Assembly (NCBI GenBank): GCA_963768655.1
Contig: CAVYIM010000003.1
Coordinates: 832,001-896,000, forward strand
Length of the DNA stretch: 64,000 nucleotides
Source of the DNA: an uncultured Chloroflexia bacterium
GTDB taxonomy: Bacteria; Chloroflexota; Limnocylindria; Limnocylindrales; CSP1-4
Direction: 5' to 3'
Shown here: in pieces, positions 9,885 through 20,051 of the stretch
Layout: the number at the start of each line of letters is the position of its first letter
Numbering within the stretch: the stretch's first letter is position 1
Notes under the pieces: model-generated
Told to the model about the DNA's origin: nothing
What the model saw: the letters and a program-made list of their open reading frames with translations, nothing else
The model's database searches: none
Made by a program: the position numbers and the translations under genes

Positions 9885-10201
9885 CGGAATCCTCCGTGAG
9901 AAGGCCGTCCCGGGTCGAGCGCCGCGATGCAGCCGGCGTGCCGTTCGCGGCGGCCATTCGGATGGTCCTACGGTACCGAATCGCGGGTCGATCCGGGCCG
10001 CCGGGACTGAATGGTCGACCCGCCACGACCGATACCTACAGGGCAGGACGGCCGGACTGTCGATGGTCGACTGCGCGTTGGAGGCCGCGCGTCCGGCACC
10101 ACAAGCCGGGTGCGGCAGTCGTGCTAGCGGGTCGCCACCGATGGAGCCGCAAACCAGCCTCGGGTCGCCAGGCCATCGCCTGAGCGGGCATCCGTGATGC
10201 C

Positions 10202-12517
10202 ATGAACCTGCCTGCGGCTGGCTGGTTGGGCGTACGCCGGCGCCGGCCTGGCATGCCTCCGGTCATCGGCTTCGGTGTGCGCCGCGGGCCCGGCCACACG
10301 GTTCTCGGCCGGATGCAGGATGCGCTGGGTCTCCACGCCCAGCGACCCGGCGTCACCATCGTGATCTTCGGGTTCCTGTTGTGTGCGGCATCGGGGGCGC
10401 TCGAGCTCCTCAACCCGCGCAACTACTGGGTCCTGTTCGAAGACGTCTCGTGCGGAGTGGCGCCCGCGGCCGCGGCCGTCGCCGTGGCCATCGCCGCCAC
10501 CAGGGGTGAGCCCGGTTACCGGCGCTTCCGCGCCTCTCTCGCCGTCGCCCTTGGCCTGACCGCCGTGGGCCAGATCATCGCCGATGCACCGGATATCCTC
10601 AATCGCAGTCTCGGGCCACTGGCCGACGTATCGCAGATCTGCTACGTCATCGGCGCCGTCGTTGGCGTGGCGACGATGATGGTCGCGCTGGCCCGGCGCC
10701 TCGAGCCGGAAGCCAGGCGGGGGGTCATCCTGGACGGCGTCGTGATCATGGCGGCGGCCATGACGCTCGTCCTCGCCGACTGGCTTCACCCGAGCTTCTT
10801 CGCCGGCAGCCAGGTGGTCGACCTCTTCTCCGACCCGACCGCCAAGTTGCTCGTGCCTCTCGTTTCGGCATCGTTCTTCGCCAGCTCGGCTGCCGCGGTC
10901 GTCGCCGCCCTCTCGCTCCGCATCGAGCCCGGCAGGCGCGGCGTCTGGGCCGTCGCCCTGGGGATGGTCCTGATGGCCCTCGCCTGGCACGGCTGGCTCG
11001 AGCGGTTCCTCGTCGGGACGCCGGACTCGATCGAGCCGATGGACATCGTCTTCCCGTTGGGAGCCCTCGTTGCCGGCTACGGCGGAGTGACCTGGAGCCT
11101 TCGCCAGGGCGGCGGACCGAGGTACGAACGCTTCGCTCGAGCCATCGTGGAGTGGCTGCCGATGGTGGCCATCGTGGGTTGCGCCTTCCTCGACGTCATG
11201 CCGCGCGCTCGGCCGCTCGAGGTCGATCCGATAGCCGTTGGCACCTGCTCGGTGGTCCTGCTGACGATGGCTCGCTATCGAATCATTCTCGGGCGCGAGC
11301 GCGTGGCTTCAGAGCGGCTCACGACGGAGATGAGCGAGCGGGCCGCCACGACCGTCTCCCTGGCTCGCCTCGAGGCCGCCGCGACGGTTGAGGAAAGCGC
11401 CGACCGGATCTGCGCCGAGGCGCTGCGTATCGGCGGGATCGACACCGTCATCGTCTTCGCCTTCACCCCGCACGGCGTCGTGCCGCTGGCCCAGGCCGGC
11501 GCCGCCTGCCGCCCCGTGGCCGTCGGTGAACCGATTCCCGAGGATGCGGCCGATGAGTTGCGGGAGCACGCCGATTTCGGCCTCTGGCTGGAGTCGTGGG
11601 TGGAGCGCACGCCGCGAGGGGATTTCGATCGCGCGATCGTGCTCTCGGGTCTCCGGGCGGAAGCGCTGGCTCCCCTCATCTGGAACGACCAGACCATCGG
11701 GCTCCTGGCCATGGGTGCGACCACGCCAAATCACGCCCGACGTCTGTCCGACCGACTCGCGACCCTGACCGAGTTCAGCGTCATGTCCGCCGCCGTGCTC
11801 GGCCCGGCCCTCGCCGAGCGCGGCCAGCGCGAGGAGATGCAGGCCCAGGTGCGCGCGATCATCGCCGACCGGGCATTCCGGCCCGTCTACCAGCCGATCG
11901 TGGACCTGGCGACGGGAAAGCGAGTGGGCTTCGAGGCTCTGGCCCGTTTCTCCGACGGGACCAGGCCCGACCTCTGCTTCCTGGCCGCCGACAAGGTCGG
12001 AATGATGGTCCAGCTCGAGACGGCGGTCCTGCGGGAGCAGGTGGCGCGGGCCCGGCGGCTGCCGGCGGGAAGCTTCCTGAGCCTCAACGTGTCGCCGGCT
12101 CTGGCAACCGCGGTGATCCCGCTGCTCGACGTGCTGGCCGAGGCCGACCGACCGGTCGTTCTGGAGGTCACGGAGCACGTCGAGATCGAGGACTACCCGA
12201 GGCTGCTCGCGGCCCTGGACCAGGTCCGCCCGCACGCGATGCTGGCAGTCGACGACGCCGGCGCCGGCTACGCCGGGCTGCACCACATCCTCGAGCTCCG
12301 TCCGCAATACGTGAAGCTCGACATCTCCCTGGTTCGCAACGTCGATACGGATCCGGCTCGCCAGGCGATGGTCACGGGCATGGCTCACTTCGCCGAGAGC
12401 GTCGGCTGCGCCCTGATTGCGGAGGGAATCGAGACCGCCAACGAGCTGACTGCCTTGCGGCTGCTGAATGTGCAGTTCGGGCAGGGCTTCTTCCTGGCCA
12501 GGCCGGCGGAGGCTTAG
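10202..12517 (+). CDS. Membrane-bound EAL-domain c-di-GMP phosphodiesterase with GAF-like region
   Basis: N-terminal TM helices; YQPIVDL..EALARF, LEVTEH, DDAGAGYA, VKLD, AEGIET, QGF; start uncertain. Confidence 0.9.
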   Translation: MNLPAAGWLGVRRRRPGMPPVIGFGVRRGPGHTVLGRMQDALGLHAQRPGVTIVIFGFLLCAASGALELLNPRNYWVLFEDVSCGVAPAAAAVAVAIAATRGEPGYRRFRASLAVALGLTAVGQIIADAPDILNRSLGPLADVSQICYVIGAVVGVATMMVALARRLEPEARRGVILDGVVIMAAAMTLVLADWLHPSFFAGSQVVDLFSDPTAKLLVPLVSASFFASSAAAVVAALSLRIEPGRRGVWAVALGMVLMALAWHGWLERFLVGTPDSIEPMDIVFPLGALVAGYGGVTWSLRQGGGPRYERFARAIVEWLPMVAIVGCAFLDVMPRARPLEVDPIAVGTCSVVLLTMARYRIILGRERVASERLTTEMSERAATTVSLARLEAAATVEESADRICAEALRIGGIDTVIVFAFTPHGVVPLAQAGAACRPVAVGEPIPEDAADELREHADFGLWLESWVERTPRGDFDRAIVLSGLRAEALAPLIWNDQTIGLLAMGATTPNHARRLSDRLATLTEFSVMSAAVLGPALAERGQREEMQAQVRAIIADRAFRPVYQPIVDLATGKRVGFEALARFSDGTRPDLCFLAADKVGMMVQLETAVLREQVARARRLPAGSFLSLNVSPALATAVIPLLDVLAEADRPVVLEVTEHVEIEDYPRLLAALDQVRPHAMLAVDDAGAGYAGLHHILELRPQYVKLDISLVRNVDTDPARQAMVTGMAHFAESVGCALIAEGIETANELTALRLLNVQFGQGFFLARPAEA

Positions 12518-12857
12518 CTCGAGGCATTGCCGGCGGCGGTTGCGTTGTCGCCGGCCCACCTTCGAGGGCTGGCGCGCTTTGCCCCGGTGAACATGGCGGC
12601 CGTCACTCGCCGCCCGCCACTTCGCCGGCCGGCACTTCGCCGCCCGCTGACTGGCTCAACGTTCCGGCCGGGTGCTCAAACCCACCGGCTGCTTGACCGA
12701 TCCCTCTCGTAGAACCGCTGCGGTTCACCTGCGAACCTGTCAGCGGAGGGTGAGCCAGAATCGACGCCGGATCGAGCCTGCCGCATACCCGCCGGGCGCT
12801 TGTTCGGCGGAGCCGAGTTCCCGCTCAGACTCAGATTGAAGCTGCGAGGGCCAGCCG

Positions 12858-13646
12858 ATGGCCATCGATCCCAAAGACCTGTCGATACACGATGACGTCC
12901 TCGTCGAGACCGAAGTCGACGGCGTCCCGATAGACCTTCCGTCGTTCGTGACGAACGTGCTGGACAGGGAACTCTGGCTGGCTCTACGCCTGGCCGACCC
13001 ACGGCTGCTGCGGATCGAGCAGGGTCAGCGAATTCACCTGACCTTCGATCGCGGCGGAGCCCTGGTCGTCGAGAGCGAGTTCGTGCGTCGTCTTGGCGGC
13101 AACTCCCGAATGGGCACGCAGAGGTCGCGCGTGTTCGCGGTCCGCCGGCCACAGGGGGTGGACCAGGTCCAGCGCCGGGCTCATGTCAGGGTCGATCTGG
13201 AGCGGGACGTTCGGATCAAGTCGTTCGGCGCCCTCGCGGCCGCCAGCGTGGGCACGGGCCACACGCTGAACATCGGCGCCGGGGGCGTTCAGCTCACCAC
13301 GGAGATGCCGCTCATGTTCGGCGATCAGCTGCGCGTGGCCCTCGCCCTGACCGCGCGCGACATCATCGTCGCCGGAGGGCCGGTCGTCCGCATCGACGAG
13401 ATCCCGGCGCCGGTTCCGCCTGGTTCGGCGGGATCGTCGGACGAGCCCAGGATGGTCACCCGAGTCGCCGTCCGCTTCGACAAGATCACCGAGCCGGATC
13501 AGGAGCGGATCACGCGCCACGTTCTCGCGGCCCACAGGCGCCGCATGGCTGATGCCGGCAAGGCAGCGATCCCCGCGATCGATGCCGCAGCAGTGCCTCC
13601 GGCCACGCCGAAAGCCAGCGCTCCGACGCCCGAGCCCGAGCCTTAG
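12858..13646 (+). CDS. PilZ-domain (YcgR-like) c-di-GMP receptor
   Basis: QRRAHVR (RxxxR) and NIGAGG (D/NxSxGG-like) motifs following a YcgR-like N domain. Confidence 0.85.
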   Translation: MAIDPKDLSIHDDVLVETEVDGVPIDLPSFVTNVLDRELWLALRLADPRLLRIEQGQRIHLTFDRGGALVVESEFVRRLGGNSRMGTQRSRVFAVRRPQGVDQVQRRAHVRVDLERDVRIKSFGALAAASVGTGHTLNIGAGGVQLTTEMPLMFGDQLRVALALTARDIIVAGGPVVRIDEIPAPVPPGSAGSSDEPRMVTRVAVRFDKITEPDQERITRHVLAAHRRRMADAGKAAIPAIDAAAVPPATPKASAPTPEPEP

Positions 13647-13778
13647 CCTTAGCCGGCGCGGGCTCGAGCCGCCGCCTGCCTGATCGACGCAGCTCGGATC
13701 CGCGAAGAAACCCGCCCCGCTCGACGCGAGGCGGTGTCCCGAAGAGCGTGAGCTGCGCCCGGTGCGCCACTCCGTCAC

Positions 13779-14504
13779 CTACGGCGTGACGGTGAGCGTT
13801 CCTTGGGAGATCGTCTGGCCGCCCGAAGTCAGCGTGAACGTGTAAGTTCCCGCGTCGAAGGGGATCGCGCTCAGGTCGGAGATGTCGGCGAAGCAGTCGT
13901 ATCCCTGCGTATCGGACGTGTCCATCGCGGTGGCGGGCAGAAACTGGCTGCCGTTCTTGGTGATGGAGAGGTAGACGACGCCGGAACCCTGCCTCGATGA
14001 GAAGATGTACGTTGCGTAGACGGACGTACCTGCCGGAATCGTTGTCACCTGATGGTCGACCTTGCAGCCGGTGTTCTGACCGGCAACCGGCTGGTCGGTC
14101 GAGAAGACCACCTTGCCGGCGTCCTGGACTTGCATGTTGCCCAGGACGTATAGACCGGCGCCGGCGAGCAGCACCAACACCACGACGATCGCGGCGATGA
14201 CCAGCGGCAGGCGCGACCGCTTCGCCGGTGGAGGGGCGGCCCACATTCCGGCGGGCTGTCCGTAAGGTGCCCCGGGCTGACCATAGGGCGCCCCGGGCTG
14301 TCCGTAAGGTGCCCCGGGCTGACCAAACGGGCCGGGCTGACCGGGCTGACTGTACGGACCGGGCTGAGCCCAGGCGGGCGGTGCGTCCGGACCGGGCTGA
14401 GCCCAGGCGGGCGGTGCGTCCGAAGCGGGCGGCGGAGGGGGCGGTGCGTCCGGAGCGGGCGGCGGAGGGGGAGGTGGTGTCTGGCCGAATCCCGAGGGGT
14501 CCAT
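13779..14504 (-). CDS. Pro/Gln-rich single-pass membrane protein with small extracellular beta domain
   Basis: AGAGGA RBS; PPAWAQPGP and GQPGAPY repeats, one TM (LVIAAIVVVLVLLAGAGLYV), Cys-pair Ig-like tail. Confidence 0.75.
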   Translation of the reverse strand: MDPSGFGQTPPPPPPPAPDAPPPPPPASDAPPAWAQPGPDAPPAWAQPGPYSQPGQPGPFGQPGAPYGQPGAPYGQPGAPYGQPAGMWAAPPPAKRSRLPLVIAAIVVVLVLLAGAGLYVLGNMQVQDAGKVVFSTDQPVAGQNTGCKVDHQVTTIPAGTSVYATYIFSSRQGSGVVYLSITKNGSQFLPATAMDTSDTQGYDCFADISDLSAIPFDAGTYTFTLTSGGQTISQGTLTVTP

Positions 14505-14756
14505 CCGATCCTCTTCTTGTCTGCGGTGCCGGAGGGTATTGTTGATGAATCGAATTGGGTAGCGCATCAGGAGCATACGCGCCACTCCTGGGGCCCGTAT
14601 CGGTCGTTTCGCACCCTGTTTCGGTTCCAGCTTTCGTGTCGCGCAACGGCGGCGACCCGGGCTGCGCATGTCCGGCACAACGGTGCTACGGTCGAACCCG
14701 ACACAGCGCCGAACCACGGTCGGATGGCGAGCGCTTCGTCGGCAAGGAGTCCACCG

Positions 14757-15710
14757 ATGCGACCCTTCTTCGGTTATCACATGCCGAGCTTCACCTTCGC
14801 GGGCGTGCCCGATTCGAAGCTGTTCGACCGCGTGGTCGAGCTGGCTCAATCGGCGGAGGCGGCCGGATTCGATCTCGTGACCGTCATGGACCACTTCTAC
14901 CAGATCGGCGGCGTCGGCTCGGAGACGGAGCCGATGCTCGAGGCGTACACGGCGCTGGGCGGGATCGCGGCGCGGACGGAGCGGGTCATGCTCGGCACGA
15001 TGGTCACCGGAGTGACCTACCGGAACCCGGCCATTCTGGCGAAGACCGTCACCACCCTCGACATCGTTTCGAAGGGCCGGGCGATGCTGGGCATCGGCGC
15101 CGCGTGGAACGAGTCGGAGCACGCCGGCTACGGCATCGGCTTCCCGCCGATCGGCGAGCGTGAGGATCGCCTGGAGGAGGCGCTGACGATCTGCAAGGCG
15201 ATGTTCACGCAGGACCGCCCGAGCTTCGAGGGCCGCTACTACCGCATCGACCGGGCCCTCAACAGTCCGAGGCCGATCCAGCCGGGCGGGCCGAAGATCA
15301 TGGTCGGCGGCGGCGGCGAGAAGCGAACGCTCAAGCTGGCCGCCCGGTTCGCCGACATCACGAACTGGTTCGGCTCGTTCGAGGAGGCTTCGGCCAAGCT
15401 GGCGGTCCTGGATCGCCATTGCGAGGCCATCGGCCGGAATCCGTCCGAGATTCTGCGCACCGTCTCCGTGCCGATCGTTCCCGTGGCCAGCGAGGCCGAC
15501 AAGGCCCGCCTGCTGGAGCGGGTCCCGGCCGAGCGACGGGCGATGGTCAACCCCGTGCTCGTGGAGGAAGGTGCCGCGATCCTGCGGCGCTACATCGATG
15601 CGGGCTTCGGCGGCTTCATCTTCCGCAACGCCGTGATCAAGACGCCGGAAGCCGTGGGGCTCGTGGGCGAGCTGATCGCGACGATGCGATCGCAAGGCGT
15701 ACCCGCATGA
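14757..15710 (+). CDS. LLM class F420-dependent oxidoreductase (Rv1855c-like)
   Basis: MDHFYQI, EPMLEAYTAL, LGTMVTGVTYRNP, LGIGAAW motifs; AAGGAG RBS. Confidence 0.9.
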   Translation: MRPFFGYHMPSFTFAGVPDSKLFDRVVELAQSAEAAGFDLVTVMDHFYQIGGVGSETEPMLEAYTALGGIAARTERVMLGTMVTGVTYRNPAILAKTVTTLDIVSKGRAMLGIGAAWNESEHAGYGIGFPPIGEREDRLEEALTICKAMFTQDRPSFEGRYYRIDRALNSPRPIQPGGPKIMVGGGGEKRTLKLAARFADITNWFGSFEEASAKLAVLDRHCEAIGRNPSEILRTVSVPIVPVASEADKARLLERVPAERRAMVNPVLVEEGAAILRRYIDAGFGGFIFRNAVIKTPEAVGLVGELIATMRSQGVPA

Positions 15711-16105
15711 CGACCCAGATCGACAAGGCGGAGCTGCGGCGGCGACTGACGCCGCTGCAGTACGCGGTCACGCAGGAGGCCGACACGGAGCGGCCATTCA
15801 CCGGCGCCTACTGGGACACCCACGACGCGGGCAGTTACCGCTGCGTCGTCTGCGGCCAGACCCTCTTCGAGTCGACCCAGAAGTACGACAGCCACTGCGG
15901 CTGGCCGAGCTTCTTCGACGTGCTCGACAAATCGAAGGTCACGACGCGCACGGACACCAGCCTGGGCATGAAGCGGACCGAAGTCAGGTGCGCCAACTGC
16001 GGCGCCCATCTGGGCCATCTCTTCGACGACGGCCCCAGGCCCACCGGCCTGCGCTACTGCATCAACTCCGCCTCCCTCGACTTCGAGAAGCGGGCAGGGG
16101 AGTAG
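15707..16105 (+). CDS. msrB: Peptide methionine (R)-sulfoxide reductase MsrB
   Basis: TERPFTG, CGWPSF, HLGHLFDDGP, RYCINS; ATGA overlap with upstream gene. Confidence 0.97.
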   Translation: MTTQIDKAELRRRLTPLQYAVTQEADTERPFTGAYWDTHDAGSYRCVVCGQTLFESTQKYDSHCGWPSFFDVLDKSKVTTRTDTSLGMKRTEVRCANCGAHLGHLFDDGPRPTGLRYCINSASLDFEKRAGE

Positions 16106-16143
16106 CGGAGCGAGCCCGGTGTGGAGCATCTCCAGGCAGCGGC

Positions 16144-17277
16144 TCAGTACGTCGTGATCGACATCTTGGTCGCACCGCCGGTGATCTCGATCTCGTAGCG
16201 GTCGGTCGTCGAGTCCGCGCCCGGCGTCTGGAGGGAGACCTGGCCGCGGCCCTTGTGAACTACGCCGTCGAGGTTGATCTCGCTGGCGCCGCCCCGGACG
16301 GCCAGCCCCGCCGCCACTCCCGCCGGCCTTTGGATTTGGAGGTGGGTCATCCCGCCGCTGATCCGAATCCGAACCACTCCCACCGGCTTTGGCAACCACA
16401 GGTCGATCTTGCTGGCGCCGCCGCGCATCTCGAAGTTTTCGAGTCGCAGCGCGCGCATGTCGGCGGTCAGCCTGGATGCTCCTCCGCGCATCTCCACCGA
16501 CCAGGGCACGGCGGGGTTCAGGGCGATCTCACCGCGATCCTTGCGCCAGTGCGCCGAGACGTCGACGCTCTGGTCGCCGATCTGGGCCCGCCAGTCGAAC
16601 CAGCTGAATCGCGGATAACCCACCGTTACCACGCCATCGCGAACGCGCATCCGCGGCACTGGCCCGTCGAAGCGGGCCCTGTAGAGGTCGGTGAGAGACG
16701 CGTCGCCGCGAACGACGATGCTGGGCGCACCTGAGACGAAGACGAGGCGCCCGCTCGTAACTCCGCCGACCGGAGCCGCGTAGCTGCCGCTCGATCGATC
16801 CTCCGCGGCGGCCGGCCCGCGCAACCGGACGGCCTCGGTGCGAAAGACCTCCGCGCTGCGCGAGAGGTAGTCAGCCAGCACCTGGAGCTGGGCATCGTCG
16901 TATTCGGCGACCGCCGCCTGCCCCGCGGCGCGGAGCGAATCGTGAAGGGCGGACAGGCTGGCCAGTCGCGCCTCGACGGGTTCGACCAGGACGCGGCGCC
17001 GATCGGTCGGATCGGGGATCCGCCGGACATAGCCGGCCTGCTCGAGACGGTCGACCATCCGGGTCGCCGAGCCTGTCGTCAAGCCTGTCAGCTCGGCGAG
17101 GCGTCCTACGGTCAGCGGCCCTTCCTCTATGAGGATGTCCAGGCACTCTACGTCGCTGCCCGCGAGCCCGAGGCGGTCGGCCACCGCCTGGCTGAAGAGC
17201 GTGCCCTGGGCGGAGACCTGGCGACCGGCCCGCACGACCGCCGCGATCAGCTCGTCCCTGGAAACACCGCTTGACAT
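16144..17277 (-). CDS. MarR family regulator fused to C-terminal beta-helical (DUF2154/DUF4097-like) domain
   Basis: LAELTGLTTGSATRMVDRLEQAGYVRR..DRRRV; C-terminal repeats of (M/V)RGGAS. Confidence 0.85.
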   Translation of the reverse strand: MSSGVSRDELIAAVVRAGRQVSAQGTLFSQAVADRLGLAGSDVECLDILIEEGPLTVGRLAELTGLTTGSATRMVDRLEQAGYVRRIPDPTDRRRVLVEPVEARLASLSALHDSLRAAGQAAVAEYDDAQLQVLADYLSRSAEVFRTEAVRLRGPAAAEDRSSGSYAAPVGGVTSGRLVFVSGAPSIVVRGDASLTDLYRARFDGPVPRMRVRDGVVTVGYPRFSWFDWRAQIGDQSVDVSAHWRKDRGEIALNPAVPWSVEMRGGASRLTADMRALRLENFEMRGGASKIDLWLPKPVGVVRIRISGGMTHLQIQRPAGVAAGLAVRGGASEINLDGVVHKGRGQVSLQTPGADSTTDRYEIEITGGATKMSITTY

Positions 17278-17297
17278 CGTTCGTCTGCCCTGGCTAT

Positions 17298-17316
17298 TCT
17301 CTGCGCTGCGCAGAGA
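17298..17316. promoter_or_regulatory. Inverted repeat TCTCTGCG-CTG-CGCAGAGA, putative MarR operator
   Basis: Perfect 8-bp arms immediately downstream of TATGAT (- strand -10), between the divergent MarR and ABC genes. Confidence 0.6.
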
Positions 17317-17461
17317 TATCATAGCGCAGTAACGCACCGGCACAACACGGCCGATCGAGAACCCGATAGCGCCGAGGATCACCAGTGGAACTCACAACAT
17401 CCCAGTTTGACATCGCGGCGCCGGGCTTGCGACCCGAACGCCGCAGCGGGGGAGGTCGGGC

Positions 17462-18424
17462 ATGAACGCCGGCCCGATCGTCGAAACGAACGGCCTGCGC
17501 CGGATCTTCAAGGGCAAGGGCGGGGACGTCGAAGCGGTCTCGGGCGTGGACCTGCGTGTCGAAGCCGGCGACATCTTCGGGTTCCTCGGGCCCAACGGCG
17601 CCGGCAAGACCACGACTCTCCGAATCCTGGCGACGCTTCTGCCGCCGACTTCCGGAAAGGCCTGTGTGGCCGGCTTCGACGTCGCCCGCCAGCCCAACCA
17701 GGTCCGCGAGCGGATCGGCTACGTGGCCCAGTCCGGCGGCTCCTACCGCGAGGCGACCGGTCGCGAGGAGCTGGTCATCCAGGGACGGCTATTCGGCATG
17801 AGCAAGGCCGACGCCGGCCGCCGCGCCATGGAGATCCTCGAGGCGCTCGATCTGACCGACGCCGCCGACAGGACCTGCAGGACGTACTCGGGCGGGATGC
17901 GGCGCCGCCTCAACATCGGCATCGGTATGGTCCATCAACCGGCGATTCTGTTCCTCGACGAGCCGACGACCGGTCTCGATCCGCAGGCGCGGGCCCGTCT
18001 GTGGGACGAGATCCGCAAGCTGCGCCAGACTGGCACGTCGGTCTTCCTGACGACGCATTACCTCGAGGAGGCGGACGCGCTGTGCGACTGCCTGGCGATC
18101 ATCGACCACGGCCGCATCGTCGCCGAAGGCTCGCCGAGTGAGCTCAAGCGCGAGATCGCCGGCGACGTGCTGACCATCGGCGTGAACGGCAACGGCGACC
18201 GGGTCGTCGAGCTCATGGCCGCCCAGCCGTTCGTCCGTGAAGCCGGCCTGGAAGACGGTCACGTGAGGCTCTATGTCGATCGCGGCGAGGAGGCCGTTCC
18301 CCATGTGCTGCGGCTGCTCGACAGCCATGGCCTGGCGCCTTCGACCATGAACCTCCACCGGCCCAGCCTCGACGACGTCTTCCTCAAGAAGACCGGCCGA
18401 TCGCTGCGCGAGAGCGCGGCTTAG
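17462..18424 (+). CDS. ABC transporter ATP-binding protein (DrrA-like)
   Basis: Walker A GPNGAGKTT, YSGGMRRRL, LFLDEPTTGLD. Confidence 0.95.
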   Translation: MNAGPIVETNGLRRIFKGKGGDVEAVSGVDLRVEAGDIFGFLGPNGAGKTTTLRILATLLPPTSGKACVAGFDVARQPNQVRERIGYVAQSGGSYREATGREELVIQGRLFGMSKADAGRRAMEILEALDLTDAADRTCRTYSGGMRRRLNIGIGMVHQPAILFLDEPTTGLDPQARARLWDEIRKLRQTGTSVFLTTHYLEEADALCDCLAIIDHGRIVAEGSPSELKREIAGDVLTIGVNGNGDRVVELMAAQPFVREAGLEDGHVRLYVDRGEEAVPHVLRLLDSHGLAPSTMNLHRPSLDDVFLKKTGRSLRESAA

Positions 18425-18442
18425 CGGCCCGGGAGAACCACC

Positions 18443-19204
18443 ATGCGCGTATTCCGAGACACCTGGCTCATCTTCGAGCGGTCGCTCGCCTTGAGCCTGC
18501 GCAATCCCGTTTGGGTGATCATGGGGATCATGCAGCCCATCCTGTATTTGCTCCTGTTCGGGCCGCTATTGACGAACATCGCCAAGATGCCCGGCTTCCC
18601 GCCAGGAGGCGCGTTCAACGTCTTCGTGCCCGGGCTCCTGGTGATGACCGCTCTCTTCGGCTCGGCTTACGTGGGCTTCGGCCTGTGCGACGAGATGCGT
18701 GAAGGAGTGGTGGAGCGGATGATGGTCACGCCCATGAGCCGCGTGGCGATGCTGGTAGGCCGGTCCCTGAGAGACGTCGTCCTGCTGCTCGGCCAGGGGC
18801 TGATCCTGGTTGTGCTGGCGATCCCATTCGGGCTCGAGATCAACTTCGGCGGCGTGGCGGTCGCGTTTGCGATGCTGGCGCTGATCGGAATCATGATGAC
18901 GCCTCTGTCCTACACGCTGGCGCTGGTCCTCAAGAGCGAGGACGCGCTCGCCCCCGTGGTCAACGGCCTGGCGGTTCCGCTGCTGCTCCTGTCGGGCGTG
19001 ATGTTGCCGATGTCACTCGCGCCGGATTGGCTCCAGACCGTGGCCAGGTTCAACCCGCTCTACCACGCCGTGGCCGCAATTCGAGCTCTGTTCAACGCCA
19101 GCTACGGCGACAGCGAGATCGTGGTAGGGCTGGTCGTGCTGGTGGTACTCGCGGTCATGACGATCGCCCTCGGCTCTCGCTCCTTCAGCCGCGCGGCGAC
19201 ATAG
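18443..19204 (+). CDS. ABC-2 type transporter permease (DrrB-like)
   Basis: Six TM segments, FVPGLLVM, ERMMVTPMSR, NPLYHAV. Confidence 0.93.
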   Translation: MRVFRDTWLIFERSLALSLRNPVWVIMGIMQPILYLLLFGPLLTNIAKMPGFPPGGAFNVFVPGLLVMTALFGSAYVGFGLCDEMREGVVERMMVTPMSRVAMLVGRSLRDVVLLLGQGLILVVLAIPFGLEINFGGVAVAFAMLALIGIMMTPLSYTLALVLKSEDALAPVVNGLAVPLLLLSGVMLPMSLAPDWLQTVARFNPLYHAVAAIRALFNASYGDSEIVVGLVVLVVLAVMTIALGSRSFSRAAT

Positions 19205-19300
19205 CCAGGCCACACGAAAGCTCGCCGTCGCGGAAGGCCGCGGCGGCGAGCCGTGCGTTCGGTGCGAATTGCAGTTGGATGCCCGAAACGGCAAGCGATC

Positions 19301-19939
19301 TCAGCTGAGCGAGAACGGCGGGTACGGGATCGGGAGCAAGAGTAAGTAGGCGAGAACGCGGGCCGCGTACCGGAGGAAGCCTGCATAGAAGGACGCGAAC
19401 GCGTTCGGATACTTGCCCATCAGGAGGATCGGGATCCACAGAACGATAAAGCTGACGTATACGACGATGCCGAGGATCGCGAGCACGATCAGGTGCGGGA
19501 TCAGGACGATGTAGCGGACGAAGATCCCGAAGAAGGGGATGCCCCAGAGGCGGCTCAGCGAGCGGCCTTCGACGTCGATCTTGACGTCGACTGGGCTCGG
19601 AGCGCCCGGCTCGAGCGGCGGGTAACCGCCCGGGAGCAGCATGTAAACGTAGCCGGCGACTCGCATCGATCGGTGTATGAGCTCGGTCAGGAACTTGACG
19701 ACCAGCGATGGCTGGCGTCCCAGCAGCAGGATCGGAATCCAGCCCAGCAGAACCCATATGTAGAGGACGATGCCCATGATCGCGAGCACGATCAGGTGCG
19801 GGATCGCCATGATCATTCGCACGAACACCCCGACGAACGGGATACCCCAGAGGCGGTTGATCTCGCGTTCGTCGGTGACCGTGAGCTGAACCGGGTATCC
19901 GCCGCCCATCGGGGCGGCAGGTGCCTGAGCGAAGGCCAT
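19301..19939 (-). CDS. DUF4389-type membrane protein (internal duplication)
   Basis: Two copies of RLWGIPF..R....IPHLIVLAI.G....YPP. Confidence 0.8.
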   Translation of the reverse strand: MAFAQAPAAPMGGGYPVQLTVTDEREINRLWGIPFVGVFVRMIMAIPHLIVLAIMGIVLYIWVLLGWIPILLLGRQPSLVVKFLTELIHRSMRVAGYVYMLLPGGYPPLEPGAPSPVDVKIDVEGRSLSRLWGIPFFGIFVRYIVLIPHLIVLAILGIVVYVSFIVLWIPILLMGKYPNAFASFYAGFLRYAARVLAYLLLLPIPYPPFSLS

Positions 19940-20051
19940 AGCGGGTACCTCCTAGAGTAGGTGGACGCGCTTCAGCATAGCCCCTCGCACTCCTCTCTCG
20001 TGTGGGTAAGATGGCCCACAGCGGGAAACAGGAACACAGAGGAAGCGCGAA

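Noticed and set aside
10060-10125. Three-stem structure upstream of the EAL gene as a c-di-GMP riboswitch
   Set aside because: Lacks the recognisable GEMM consensus and tetraloop/receptor; short GC stems are expected by chance
14240-14480. 21-27 bp repeats as a noncoding array
   Set aside because: They are in-frame coding repeats (GQPGAPY, PPAWAQPGP) of a Pro-rich membrane protein
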